A stretch of 64,000 nucleotides of DNA from Fimbriimonadales bacterium. GTDB lineage: Bacteria > Armatimonadota > Fimbriimonadia > Fimbriimonadales > ATM1. Position 1 is the stretch's first letter. The number at the start of each line of letters is the position of its first letter. The notes beneath the pieces were generated by a model. That model searched no databases. It saw only the letters and a program-made list of their open reading frames with translations, and was not told the DNA's origin. The position numbers and the translations under genes are program-made. The stretch is from contig JBPCLO010000026.1 in assembly GCA_051003155.1 (NCBI GenBank), positions 160,001 to 224,000 of the forward strand, given 5' to 3'. This document shows, one piece after another, positions 9,506 through 19,147 of this stretch.

Positions 9506-10699
9506 ATGAGATACAACCTGCTTATTGCAGCCGCACTATTGACGACGGCTTCGTTCGCGCAGCGCGACTGGTCCCGGTATCGCCTGTATGTCGGCGATGC
9601 TAAGGCCGCCGAAAGGGTGACCAATTCCCCGCTGGGCCTCTATTCTGAACACGTCGTCATCGGCGAAACCGATGTGATCGTCGGGCCAGGTGAACTGCCC
9701 ATTTTGAAGCGCTTGAGCATCCCCTTCAAGCGTGTTGGTTCGCTGAGGAGGCCCGACTCCCACAATCGTGACATAACGGATGGGGATCCGCCGGACTACC
9801 GTTACAACTACCTTCGCTACGACGAGATCATCGCACAATATGAGATATGGCGCGCACAGCGCCCCTTCCTCATCGAGCGGCAGCAGATCGGCATCAGCCA
9901 CCAAGGCCGGCCGATTTGGGTTTATCGGCTGAATAATCCTTCCCCTACGGTCGAGCCCATTCCTGTGTTCATTCAGGGCGGAATCCACGCTCGCGAATGG
10001 ATATCACCCCCGGTCGTCATGTACCTCTTTGAGACACTGATGAACAGGGGCTTGATCGGCCTTGCGGATTGGTACCTGCTCTCCAAATTCGATCTCAGTG
10101 TCGTGCCGGTTGTTAACCCAGACGGATACGAGTTCTCGTGGACCAATAACCGCTTTTGGCGCAAGAACCGCCGCAATAACGGCGGCGGCAGCTTCGGCGT
10201 CGATCTAAACCGCAACTATTCGAAGGGGTGGGGTGGCGAAGGCAGCAGCGGCAATCCGGATTCGGACACGTACCGCGGTCCGTTTGCTTTCAGCGAACCT
10301 GAAACGGCATGCCTCAGGGATTATTTGAACACGATCAGCGGCCTCCGTGGTGCGATCGATTACCACAGCTACGGCCAGCACATTCTATATCCGTGGTCCT
10401 ACACATACGATCCGCCTCCCGATCAGACCTGGCTTCATGCCATGGGTGAAGCCTATCGCCTCGGAATCCAAAATGCCGGCGGATTGCCTTACGACAACGG
10501 CCAAGGGTCGCTCAGTCTTTACATAGCTGCGGGCACGAGTAAGGATTACTACTACGCTGAGCACGGGGCTGCCGCCTATACGCTCGAACTTCGGGATCAA
10601 GGAAACTTCGGGTTCGAACTCCCCCCGAACCAGATACTTCCTACGCAGAAGGAAAACTGGGCCGGTTTTAGGAGTTGGCTCTTGGCCCTCCTACAGTAG
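9506..10699 (+). CDS. Secreted M14 zinc carboxypeptidase
   Basis: GIHAREW, NPDGY, WRKNR, GVDLNRN, DYHSYG, ELR; GGAGG SD before ATG 9506. Confidence 0.93.
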   Translation: MRYNLLIAAALLTTASFAQRDWSRYRLYVGDAKAAERVTNSPLGLYSEHVVIGETDVIVGPGELPILKRLSIPFKRVGSLRRPDSHNRDITDGDPPDYRYNYLRYDEIIAQYEIWRAQRPFLIERQQIGISHQGRPIWVYRLNNPSPTVEPIPVFIQGGIHAREWISPPVVMYLFETLMNRGLIGLADWYLLSKFDLSVVPVVNPDGYEFSWTNNRFWRKNRRNNGGGSFGVDLNRNYSKGWGGEGSSGNPDSDTYRGPFAFSEPETACLRDYLNTISGLRGAIDYHSYGQHILYPWSYTYDPPPDQTWLHAMGEAYRLGIQNAGGLPYDNGQGSLSLYIAAGTSKDYYYAEHGAAAYTLELRDQGNFGFELPPNQILPTQKENWAGFRSWLLALLQ

Positions 10700-10725
10700 C
10701 CAAAGGGTATAGTTGACTGATTCTT

Positions 10726-11472
10726 ATGAGGTGGAAAAACGTAATGAAATTGCGATTACTGGTTGTCGTCCCGGTTTTTGTTTTGGGCATTTTCGGATGC
10801 GGAGGCGGCGGCTCCGGCGGGTCTACGAACGAGCAGTTCTTCTACCGCTTTACGAACATTATTCCGTTCATTAGTGGCGTTGACTTCCTCGTCGATAAAG
10901 TGGTCCAAGTCTCGAATTTGCAGTACGCGGGGCATAGCGACTACTTCGAGACAGACACCGAAGAGCCGAACATGTTCATCGACGCCCTCGACTCCGCCAG
11001 TCAAGAAATCATCGACGCGATCGTGATCGAGAAGCGACGAGACGCGAGTGTACACATTTACGCGCTCGGAGTAAGAGGCGGGCCGCAACAACAACAGCCG
11101 GAGGCTCAGATCATTCCGGTTGAAGTCATCCGCACAACTCCGCAAGGAAACGCCCGATTGATAGTCGTTCACGGATACGTACGGCAAGCAGGCACGCAAA
11201 CGCCGAACATCGACCTCTTGAGGTCGGGGCAGATACAGCCTATTGTGGAAGATATGCCGTTCGCCAATGCCGAGACCGTCAACGTGCCCCCAGGAACATA
11301 CACCCTCACCGCTCGCTTCGCTGGCCTGCTCAGCGGTGAATTCCTATTCCGTCGCAACGTGGAGTTACTGGCCGGACATGTGTACGTCGCGCTGCTACGT
11401 GGCGTGGAAGGGCAGACGGGCGCGCTCGAACCCGTCATCGACATTTTCGAAGAGCCGGTGTTCGATCCCTAG
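10726..11472 (+). CDS. Lipoprotein, DUF4397-like
   Basis: Lipobox-like IFGC plus Gly linker; two repeats of the R-x-x-H/N...D pattern, VPPGTY. Confidence 0.65.
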   Translation: MRWKNVMKLRLLVVVPVFVLGIFGCGGGGSGGSTNEQFFYRFTNIIPFISGVDFLVDKVVQVSNLQYAGHSDYFETDTEEPNMFIDALDSASQEIIDAIVIEKRRDASVHIYALGVRGGPQQQQPEAQIIPVEVIRTTPQGNARLIVVHGYVRQAGTQTPNIDLLRSGQIQPIVEDMPFANAETVNVPPGTYTLTARFAGLLSGEFLFRRNVELLAGHVYVALLRGVEGQTGALEPVIDIFEEPVFDP

Positions 11473-11492
11473 AGAGCCAGTATAATCCAGAA

Positions 11493-11970
11493 ATGGCGCT
11501 TCGCGAGTTCTCTCTTCGGGTACCACCCGGTTGCCGACCCGGCGAAGCCGAAAAGACGAAGCGCGACCTAATAGAAATCGTCGAAGAGTACGTCGAGGGT
11601 ATTTATAGGCTGCGTGAGGATGTCGGGAGCGTGACCAATCGGTGAACTGGCGCTGTACATGGTAGTTTCGCCGGGGAGCGCTACCTCGATGGTCAAGAAG
11701 CTTTCACAACTTGGGCTTGTTCACCATGCTCCGTATAAGTCAATTCAGCTCACGCCGGCGATCGGCGAGGAACTTGAAGTTGTGAAGGTCACTAATGAAG
11801 CTTTCGAGTTCCTCAAGTTCCTCGAGGACATTGAGCTGATACCCGCCGCCCGCTTTATCCTTGCGGGCGCAACGGAATTTGATGGCGTTATTCACCTGAA
11901 GATCGAAGACAGTCCGATCACCGTTGGCCGCGAGGTTTCTCGTCACGTTTGGGTCAAGAGGGCTTGCTAG
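11493..11970 (+). pseudogene. DtxR/MntR family metal-dependent regulator, frameshifted and internally deleted
   Basis: EEYVEGIYRL, frameshift near 11637-11640, GELALYMVVSPGSATSMVKKL...PYKSIQLT, then directly a FeoA-like domain. Confidence 0.82.
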
Positions 11971-11975
11971 GACAA

Positions 11976-12749
11976 ATGCGCCCGTTGGTCCTGATGTGGG
12001 CTGCCGTAGCCGCAGCCGCGTCCACTGCCGCCGACGTAAATTACGACGGCCGCAAGATTGGGGGCGTCTGGTATCACGCCATTGTAGCCAATCTGAACTC
12101 TGACGACGTTAAGATGAGCGGCTTGGTGAACCGGGAGGTGGGTCGGAGTGAACCCTTCTGGCAAATGTTGTCGCGCTCGAAGGCCACGGTCGCGGTGTCG
12201 GGTACATTTTTCGACACTCGCAGCGCTCGCCCGATCGGATCGATCGTGATAGAAGGCGACGGCAAAGTCGATGGCTTCCACGGAAGCTGCCTGGCTATCG
12301 ATTACTTTAATCAAGCGAAGGTGCTCGATCCAAAGTGGGGGCGACACTTCGACACGAGCCCGTACCGGTATCTCGTCCGTGGTGGGGTGAGGCTTATTAC
12401 CGGCGGGGAAATTACGGTCTATCCGAGGGCGCAAAGATTCAAAGACCCACGGGTCTGGAGTAAGACGAGACGGGTGGCCGTCGGCGTGACGGGCAACAAC
12501 AAACTGATCGTCGTCGCAACCAACGGATCCGTACTGCTACGCAGTTTGGCCAACGCCATGAAAGCCTACGGCGCGCGCAACGCCATCGCGCTGGACGGGG
12601 GCGGCTCTGCGGCAATGTACTATCGGGGCAAGATACTCGTGAAGCCGAGTCGGAAGCTCACCAACCTCTTGACCCTTCATGAGGCCCCGGGCGCGGCGTG
12701 GTCACCCCTGCCTACTCCCTCCGGTGGTGTCACGGACAAAGGCGGCTAA
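11976..12749 (+). CDS. Phosphodiester glycosidase (NAGPA) family protein
   Basis: SGTFF, RRVAVGV, AIALDGGGS; signal peptide. Confidence 0.85.
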   Translation: MRPLVLMWAAVAAAASTAADVNYDGRKIGGVWYHAIVANLNSDDVKMSGLVNREVGRSEPFWQMLSRSKATVAVSGTFFDTRSARPIGSIVIEGDGKVDGFHGSCLAIDYFNQAKVLDPKWGRHFDTSPYRYLVRGGVRLITGGEITVYPRAQRFKDPRVWSKTRRVAVGVTGNNKLIVVATNGSVLLRSLANAMKAYGARNAIALDGGGSAAMYYRGKILVKPSRKLTNLLTLHEAPGAAWSPLPTPSGGVTDKGG

Positions 12750-12751
12750 CC

Positions 12752-13852
12752 GTGATCTATCCGCGCACTTGGGTCGAGGTCGACCTCGATGCCTTTAGGC
12801 ACAACCTAAACGCAATACGCGCGGCCTTGCCTGCCACTACGAAGATGGCACTCGTCACGAAGGCCGACGCGTACGGCCACGGCCTTATCCCCATCTCACG
12901 CGTCGCCGTGCAGCACGGCGTAGATTATATTGCCGTGGCTACGGTGCAGGAAGGGATTTCCCTCCGCGAAGCCGAAATCGAAGCGCCGATCGTTGTTCTC
13001 GCCCCCACTCTCGGCCTCGAGGCCAAGCATGCCGTCTACTATCGCCTTAGGAATCTCGTCGAATCCTACGAAGCGGCTGTGGCGATCTCGGAAGCGGCTG
13101 TCGAGCTGGACACCAAAGCGAAAGTGCATCTCAAAATCGACACCGGCATGTCGCGCTTCGGCGTTCAGGCGGATCATGCGGCAGATTTGGCCGAAAGGAT
13201 TGTTGCGCTCAGGAATATCGACTTGGAAGGTGCAGCGACACACTTCGCCAATTCCGGCAAGGAACCCGAGTACACCGCGTGGCAATACGAGCGTTTCAAG
13301 AATGCGCTGTGCGATATGGAGGCCAGAGGAATACACGTCCGGATACGTCACTGCGCAAACAGCGGCGCGATCGTTCGATTCCCTTCCGCCTTCATGGACA
13401 TGACGCGCGTCGGAATCCTGGCATATGGAATTACCCACGTCGGCGAAACAGAGTTGGGCCTCAGGCCGGTTCTAACCTGGAAAGCTCGAATCATGTCTCT
13501 CCGACAATTGCCCAAGGGTACGAAGGTGAGCTACAACTTGACCTATGAGACGCCCGCAGATAGCCTCATCGCCACGCTCGGCGTCGGATACGGAGACGGC
13601 TACCACCGGTCCCTCAGCAACCGTGGCGCCACAGTGGTCCACGGCAAGCTGGCTCCGATAAGGGGCATCGTGTGCATGGACCAGCTGATGATCGACGTGA
13701 CCGAGATTCCAGAGGCGAAGATCGGCGACGAAGTGGGGCTTATTCTTGCGCCGGTGAGTGCCGAATACCTCGCCGAGATTGTCGGCACCACGCCGCACGA
13801 GATGACGACACGCATCATGTCGCGCGTTCCTCGTAAGTACGTCGAGCCTTAG
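12752..13852 (+). CDS. alr: Alanine racemase
   Basis: VTKADAYGHG, HLKIDTGMSRFG, GYGDGY, GIVCMDQ. Confidence 0.96.
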   Translation: MIYPRTWVEVDLDAFRHNLNAIRAALPATTKMALVTKADAYGHGLIPISRVAVQHGVDYIAVATVQEGISLREAEIEAPIVVLAPTLGLEAKHAVYYRLRNLVESYEAAVAISEAAVELDTKAKVHLKIDTGMSRFGVQADHAADLAERIVALRNIDLEGAATHFANSGKEPEYTAWQYERFKNALCDMEARGIHVRIRHCANSGAIVRFPSAFMDMTRVGILAYGITHVGETELGLRPVLTWKARIMSLRQLPKGTKVSYNLTYETPADSLIATLGVGYGDGYHRSLSNRGATVVHGKLAPIRGIVCMDQLMIDVTEIPEAKIGDEVGLILAPVSAEYLAEIVGTTPHEMTTRIMSRVPRKYVEP

Positions 13853-15774
13853 GTCTTGATCTTGAGCAACATCGAAACCGGCGGCAAGCCGCCGGTTGTC
13901 GACCCGAACGCGGCAACTATTTCGAGCAAACCCTGCCTGTACGCTTGGACGAGAAGCCGTCGAAATTGCTCTAAGTTAGCGGTACCCGTCGATCGGCTGC
14001 GCTTGATCATTTCCGGATAGAAGGCTTCGCGTAACTCCTTACCTTGAGCGCCAAGATATGCGGTGTTGATATATACGTGGGTTGTGCCAAGCCCCTTTAG
14101 CTGTGCAATTAAATCTTCGGGTTCTTGAAGCTTCTCGTACTCGATCATTCGGCTGTGGCCGGGGTTCGCCCAGAAGTACGGGACATCGAGGTAGTAGCCG
14201 TGCACTTCGTCATAGAGCGCGACGCTGACCCGCTCTGACTTTCCAAGATCGTTCAGGTACGTTGCAGCCTGCCAGAACCCGAGCCTCGGCGTCAAGAATT
14301 CGTCGAAATCGCCGCTCGCGATAAACGCGATTTGGTCGCGCAATGGGCTGACGCTCGGGCCGAAGAGGTACGTCGTCCAGACACATTGCATGCCGACCGC
14401 AACGGCCGGGAGCCATCCCAATCGTGCTCGTTCGGCCGCCCCGGCGAGCAAGAACGCCGCCGGAAAGGCGAGCGAGATGATGTATCGGGATTGCTGCGTC
14501 AAATAGAACCACGTCAGCAGCGAGAGCAATATCGTCAGGAGGATCAGCTTCTCGGCGTCCAGCGGCCCGCGGTCGTTTCTTCTAAACCCGGAAAGGGGCC
14601 ACCACAGCAACCCAAGTAGAAATATAGGGCCGATCGCACCCCAAGGCGTGCCCTGGTTGATCTGCTTATCCGGCTGAAGGGCGAGCGCGGTTACCGAGCC
14701 GGGAATCGCGAGCGGGCTCTTACCGGCTTCACTCTGGCCGATCCCGAAGGAGCGCTGCTCGGCCGCGTACGTTTCCGCGTTCGGCTGGCTCCAGTTGCTA
14801 CCCTCGAAAACGCTGTAAAAAAACGGGTAGACGGGATTGCCGGTATTGACGACATTGCGAATGTACCAAGGGGAGCAAATCACGATGGCGACGGCGCCGA
14901 TTGCCGCGAACCCCTTGAGCGAACGCCCAAACGATCTGCGAGCGATGCCGTGTCCGATGAGTACGAGCCCGATGGCGAAGGCGATCTGGAATCCGGTGTA
15001 CTTGGTAGCGAGCGCCAATCCCAAGAATATGCCGGCGAGCCAAAGAAAGCGTCGATCGGAGCCGACGGCCCATAACGATGCGAACAAGATCGCCCCGCCG
15101 CTGAACAGGCCGTGCGCAACGTCGACATACGCGGTGCCGACCTCCCAAAGGACGACCGGCGTAGCGAGAAAAGCGAGCCCGGCCCAATAACCCGCGTTCT
15201 TCCCGAAGCGCCATTGTGCCAAGCCGCCGAGCGTCAATACAGCGAACGCCGCGAAGAAGAAGGCGACGGTCTTCGCGGCGAACTGTCCACCGAAAGGAAG
15301 CACGTACATATAAAGCATGTTCACCGTCGGAGCGATGTTGCTCTGGTGCATGAACGGGATGTAATCCACCTTCCCGTGCTGGTTCCAAATCTTCGCCATT
15401 GCCATCTGGTGGCTGACGCTGTCCCAGTCCGCAGCGTCGCTGGGCGAGAGAGCGGACGGCAGCCGAAGCAGGAGCATGAACACCAACACTAGCAGGATAA
15501 TTCGAGATGTCGACGTCGCCGGAAACGCTGGTTTAAGCAACGCTAGGTGCCGGAGCGAAAAGATGACTGCGGCCGCTGCGACGTACTGAGCAACCGGGCC
15601 GAGTAGGAATATCGCAATGCCGGTCGCGCCGAAGCCCACCCCTCCACAGATGCCCCATCGGGCGCCAGCCGGCAGGTTCGGAACCAATCTCCAAACAATG
15701 GCTAGCCCGACTAGTACGGCTCCTAACGAGAAGATGAACCCGACCGACAGCCCGACGAACGGCGAAGGCTCCAT
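13849..15774 (-). CDS. Polytopic GT-C fold membrane protein (PMT/ArnT-like)
   Basis: Many TM helices, WDSVSH, AYVD, ALATKYTG, SPWYIRN...GNPVYPF. Confidence 0.75.
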   Translation of the reverse strand: MEPSPFVGLSVGFIFSLGAVLVGLAIVWRLVPNLPAGARWGICGGVGFGATGIAIFLLGPVAQYVAAAAVIFSLRHLALLKPAFPATSTSRIILLVLVFMLLLRLPSALSPSDAADWDSVSHQMAMAKIWNQHGKVDYIPFMHQSNIAPTVNMLYMYVLPFGGQFAAKTVAFFFAAFAVLTLGGLAQWRFGKNAGYWAGLAFLATPVVLWEVGTAYVDVAHGLFSGGAILFASLWAVGSDRRFLWLAGIFLGLALATKYTGFQIAFAIGLVLIGHGIARRSFGRSLKGFAAIGAVAIVICSPWYIRNVVNTGNPVYPFFYSVFEGSNWSQPNAETYAAEQRSFGIGQSEAGKSPLAIPGSVTALALQPDKQINQGTPWGAIGPIFLLGLLWWPLSGFRRNDRGPLDAEKLILLTILLSLLTWFYLTQQSRYIISLAFPAAFLLAGAAERARLGWLPAVAVGMQCVWTTYLFGPSVSPLRDQIAFIASGDFDEFLTPRLGFWQAATYLNDLGKSERVSVALYDEVHGYYLDVPYFWANPGHSRMIEYEKLQEPEDLIAQLKGLGTTHVYINTAYLGAQGKELREAFYPEMIKRSRSTGTANLEQFRRLLVQAYRQGLLEIVAAFGSTTGGLPPVSMLLKIKT

Positions 15775-16596
15775 CTAGTCCAGGCTGCCGGCCTTCCAAA
15801 TGCGCATCGCCTTGCGGATGAGCTTCTCCGCATCGGCGAGCGGCCACTGGGTCGCGGCATCCGACATGGCCCGCTCGGGGTCGGGATGAACTTCAAGAAA
15901 CAGAGCGTCGACGCCGACCGCGACGGCGGCGTTCGTCAAGTGTGGAATCGTTTCCCTCGCGCCGCCGCTCACTGTGCCGCCGGCACCGGGCCTCTGGGCG
16001 CTGTGCGTGGCATCGAAACAGATCGGAACGCCAAACGACCTCATCACCGGCAATCCCGCCATATCGACGACGAGATTGTTGTAGCCAAATGTAGTGCCCC
16101 GCTCGGTGAGCATAACCCCGGAAGCCGATTGGAGTTTCTCGACGATATTCTTGGCGTCCCATGGAGCCAAGAATTGCCCTTTCTTAACGTTGACCGGCTT
16201 GCCGGTGGCGGCACAGGCTTCCAATAAGTCTGTTTGCCTGCAAAGGAAGGCGGGAATCTGCAGCAGATCGACGCCTTCCGCTAACTGCGCCGCCTGGTCC
16301 GGTAAGTGCACATCGGTCGTCACGGGCACCTGCAACTCCCTGCGGATTCTCGATAAGACGTTCAGTCCCGCCTCGACGCCAAAGCCTCGCGGACTGGCGG
16401 CGCCGCTACGGTTTGCCTTGTCGAACGACGCCTTGAAAATGTACTGTACGGATAGGACCGAGCAGATCTGCTGCATCTTCTCCGCTACCTCTCGGCACAG
16501 GTCGTACGACTCGGCGAGGCATGGGCCGGCGATGATGGCCGGGTGCCCGTCACCGATGCGTACGGAGCCTACGGTTACGACGCGAACTGGGTCCAC
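15775..16596 (-). CDS. kdsA: KDO-8-phosphate synthase
   Basis: IAGPC, KASFDKANRS, QIPAFLCRQTDLL, NVKKGQF, FDATHS. Confidence 0.96.
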   Translation of the reverse strand: MDPVRVVTVGSVRIGDGHPAIIAGPCLAESYDLCREVAEKMQQICSVLSVQYIFKASFDKANRSGAASPRGFGVEAGLNVLSRIRRELQVPVTTDVHLPDQAAQLAEGVDLLQIPAFLCRQTDLLEACAATGKPVNVKKGQFLAPWDAKNIVEKLQSASGVMLTERGTTFGYNNLVVDMAGLPVMRSFGVPICFDATHSAQRPGAGGTVSGGARETIPHLTNAAVAVGVDALFLEVHPDPERAMSDAATQWPLADAEKLIRKAMRIWKAGSLD

Positions 16597-16808
16597 GCTT
16601 GAGAGTTTAGCGCGAGACAGACCGGGCGATGGCCGTTCCTGATTCAGGAAGGATAAGAAGGATCCCGGTTTGCGCGTCGAGGCTTCGAACCTGAGGGCTG
16701 CCTTGCCCTCGGCGATACGACGCCGTATGCTTGGTCGTCTTCACGGCCCGCGGATTGACAGGGCGGCTTGTCTGAGGTCGCTGCACCTCGCCAGGTACAC
16801 TCCTTGGC

Positions 16809-17900
16809 ATGCCTTGCATCCAAGGCGACTATACAAGAGGAGTTAGCGTTGCGCCGCACGCCAACTTCCGGCCCGGCAACATCATTGTCGCGGATCAACG
16901 GCACCTAATTGTGAGTAACAGCCCTGAAACTCTCGTGCCAGGCGTCCAACCAACTCTTTTCAAATGTCAGATACCCCTTGCACAGTTTGTCTCAAAGACC
17001 TTTCGCGTGTACATATGGCATTTTAACAAGACTGGTGCGACAGTTCCTATATCGCTGATCGCTTCGATAGCATCGACCGGAGGTTTTGCTTCGCTCACAG
17101 ACGTGGTTGCAGAGACCTACGCCAACGCAACAGAGAACGACTTACCGGCTGCAGGTGTTTGCCTAGCCAAGGTTCAACTTTATCAATCATTTCCGTTATT
17201 CGGTAATCAGTTCAATGTAGGGAACGCCGAAACGCCTATTTGGTCTAGCAGCATTGACAACTTGCGCCTCACTGCTGCGATCGTTCAGTTTGCTGCGTCC
17301 TCTTTTGTTCCACAGCAACTGCGATTACGAATAGGAATCGGCGGTGATTGGAACTCGCCTGTTGCGACAATGGATGGGCATGTCCGTGGCTGCTGGCCCC
17401 AAAGCGAAATCCTGCTTCCCTGGCCTGAATCGATAAATGTTGATCCGAGTCTCCGACCTGTTCAAGAGAAGCGATGCGGCATTTGCGAAAGCGATGGTCC
17501 GGAGGTTCAGTCACCGTCAGGTTTTTATGACCGGCCTTCGTCAATTGCTGTGCCCGAGTCAGATAATCCGGGAACTTGGGGTGCAAACGGCATTTACCGA
17601 CTGACGGCGATCAACAGGAACTTGAGCCTTGGTGGAACCGTGTCCATCTTAATGGAAGCTCGAGACACGCTTCCATTCGCTTACTGGGGAGCGGCCAAAA
17701 TCTCCAATCCACCCGAATTTGCCGATCAAGGCGTTTTGCCGATAAAGTTTGGCACCCTGCAGTCGGCGGTCGTACTTGGCAGTGTCCCCATTGCGCCAGA
17801 CTCGTCGCGTGACATCTTTGTCGCAGTGGCAAATGGCGGCGCCGGCACTCTGCCCGTGAATCTCAAAGCCGTCGGAATGGAGGTTCTGCAATACCCGTGA
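16809..17900 (+). CDS. Hypothetical protein (SNSPE motif, possibly DUF3370-like)
   Basis: 363 aa ORF, more AT-rich than flanks, TACACT 7 nt before ATG. Confidence 0.7.
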   Translation: MPCIQGDYTRGVSVAPHANFRPGNIIVADQRHLIVSNSPETLVPGVQPTLFKCQIPLAQFVSKTFRVYIWHFNKTGATVPISLIASIASTGGFASLTDVVAETYANATENDLPAAGVCLAKVQLYQSFPLFGNQFNVGNAETPIWSSSIDNLRLTAAIVQFAASSFVPQQLRLRIGIGGDWNSPVATMDGHVRGCWPQSEILLPWPESINVDPSLRPVQEKRCGICESDGPEVQSPSGFYDRPSSIAVPESDNPGTWGANGIYRLTAINRNLSLGGTVSILMEARDTLPFAYWGAAKISNPPEFADQGVLPIKFGTLQSAVVLGSVPIAPDSSRDIFVAVANGGAGTLPVNLKAVGMEVLQYP

Positions 17901-17913
17901 AATAGGTGAACCC

Positions 17914-19008
17914 ATGTTACTCACTGTAATTCTAATTGCTGTCGGATCTACTATTCAATCACGCGGACTGCCGCCTCCAGAGATGCCGCTGACGACAATC
18001 TTCAAGGAGCGTGCAATGGGAGCAGGAAGGGATATTGCCGCAGTTTCCAATGATGGCTCTTTTGCATTTTGTGATCCAGTAATTCGTATTCATTCAGGTG
18101 AACGGTCATTTGTCAGGGAGAAGCTTCGATTCTACGCGCGGACGGGCAGATCGCAGGTGATGGTTGCAACGACGAGCCAGAGCGCCAGCCTAAGGGATGC
18201 TACCGGGGCGCACTATCACTTCAACGACTACTCATTGCTGGGTACGTTCCGTGGCAGAGAGCTTCTCATCGCCTTCGACGTGTCGTTCTCTCGACAAGTG
18301 AGAAGACGCGTAGCGGGCATCGTCGCTGTCAACCCGGCTGCAAGGGGCGCGCATCCGAACCGTGAGGCAGTATTTCCAGTAGACGGTCGGACGTACAAGG
18401 TGTACCATTGCACACTCGATGAAGCGAAGCGAAACGCGACTGTTCTCGTGGGAGCATCGACGGACAACGAAAGCTCTCTCGAAGTGTATCGCTTCAGCGG
18501 TTACCGTTTGACCAAGCTAACCGCGTCCAAGGCAGGACCATACCGGCGTCTTGTCGGAAAGGTGATTCCAGCGCGATTGGAACCACGAAACAGTCTCACC
18601 CTGGCTGGGTCGAAATACATACCGCAATTGGCAGACGTCGATCCGATTCGCCTAAGGGCAGTTTACGTTTTGCAAGACGGGATAACCGAGTTCGACATCA
18701 TCCGCGGTACGTGGCGAACGCTAAATGCGCCTCGTCACCCGAGCAGAACGTCGTGGTACGGCGACCGGCCTGCCTGGTATTTCAACGGGAGGTTGTACGC
18801 CACGAAAGAGTCGATGAAGGAGCCGCCCTGGAACTTCTCCAGCGAGGGCGCGCACTTCGCTCTACTGCGAGCGGGCCTTTCCCGGGACAAATGGAATAGC
18901 TTGGGCGCATACAGGAAGCTCGGATCGAGCGCGAATGAGAGATTTTGGGTGTACCAGGACAAGACGGGGGGCATTTTCGTTGGGCCAACGGCATGGTTCG
19001 CCAAGTAA
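17914..19008 (+). CDS. Hypothetical secreted protein
   Basis: 364 aa ORF with hydrophobic N-terminus; AGGTGA SD; 13 nt after the previous stop. Confidence 0.7.
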   Translation: MLLTVILIAVGSTIQSRGLPPPEMPLTTIFKERAMGAGRDIAAVSNDGSFAFCDPVIRIHSGERSFVREKLRFYARTGRSQVMVATTSQSASLRDATGAHYHFNDYSLLGTFRGRELLIAFDVSFSRQVRRRVAGIVAVNPAARGAHPNREAVFPVDGRTYKVYHCTLDEAKRNATVLVGASTDNESSLEVYRFSGYRLTKLTASKAGPYRRLVGKVIPARLEPRNSLTLAGSKYIPQLADVDPIRLRAVYVLQDGITEFDIIRGTWRTLNAPRHPSRTSWYGDRPAWYFNGRLYATKESMKEPPWNFSSEGAHFALLRAGLSRDKWNSLGAYRKLGSSANERFWVYQDKTGGIFVGPTAWFAK

Positions 19009-19147
19009 AGTCAACGTGCAAAAGTGCACTCTGTATCGCTCTTTGCTCTCAAGCCGGACGACCAGGGCAACAGTTGCCATGCCAGATAATGAAGTTTCGC
19101 GAAGGTCGGTTCCCAGCAGCTACGCATAAGCAGGTAAATAACTGAGG

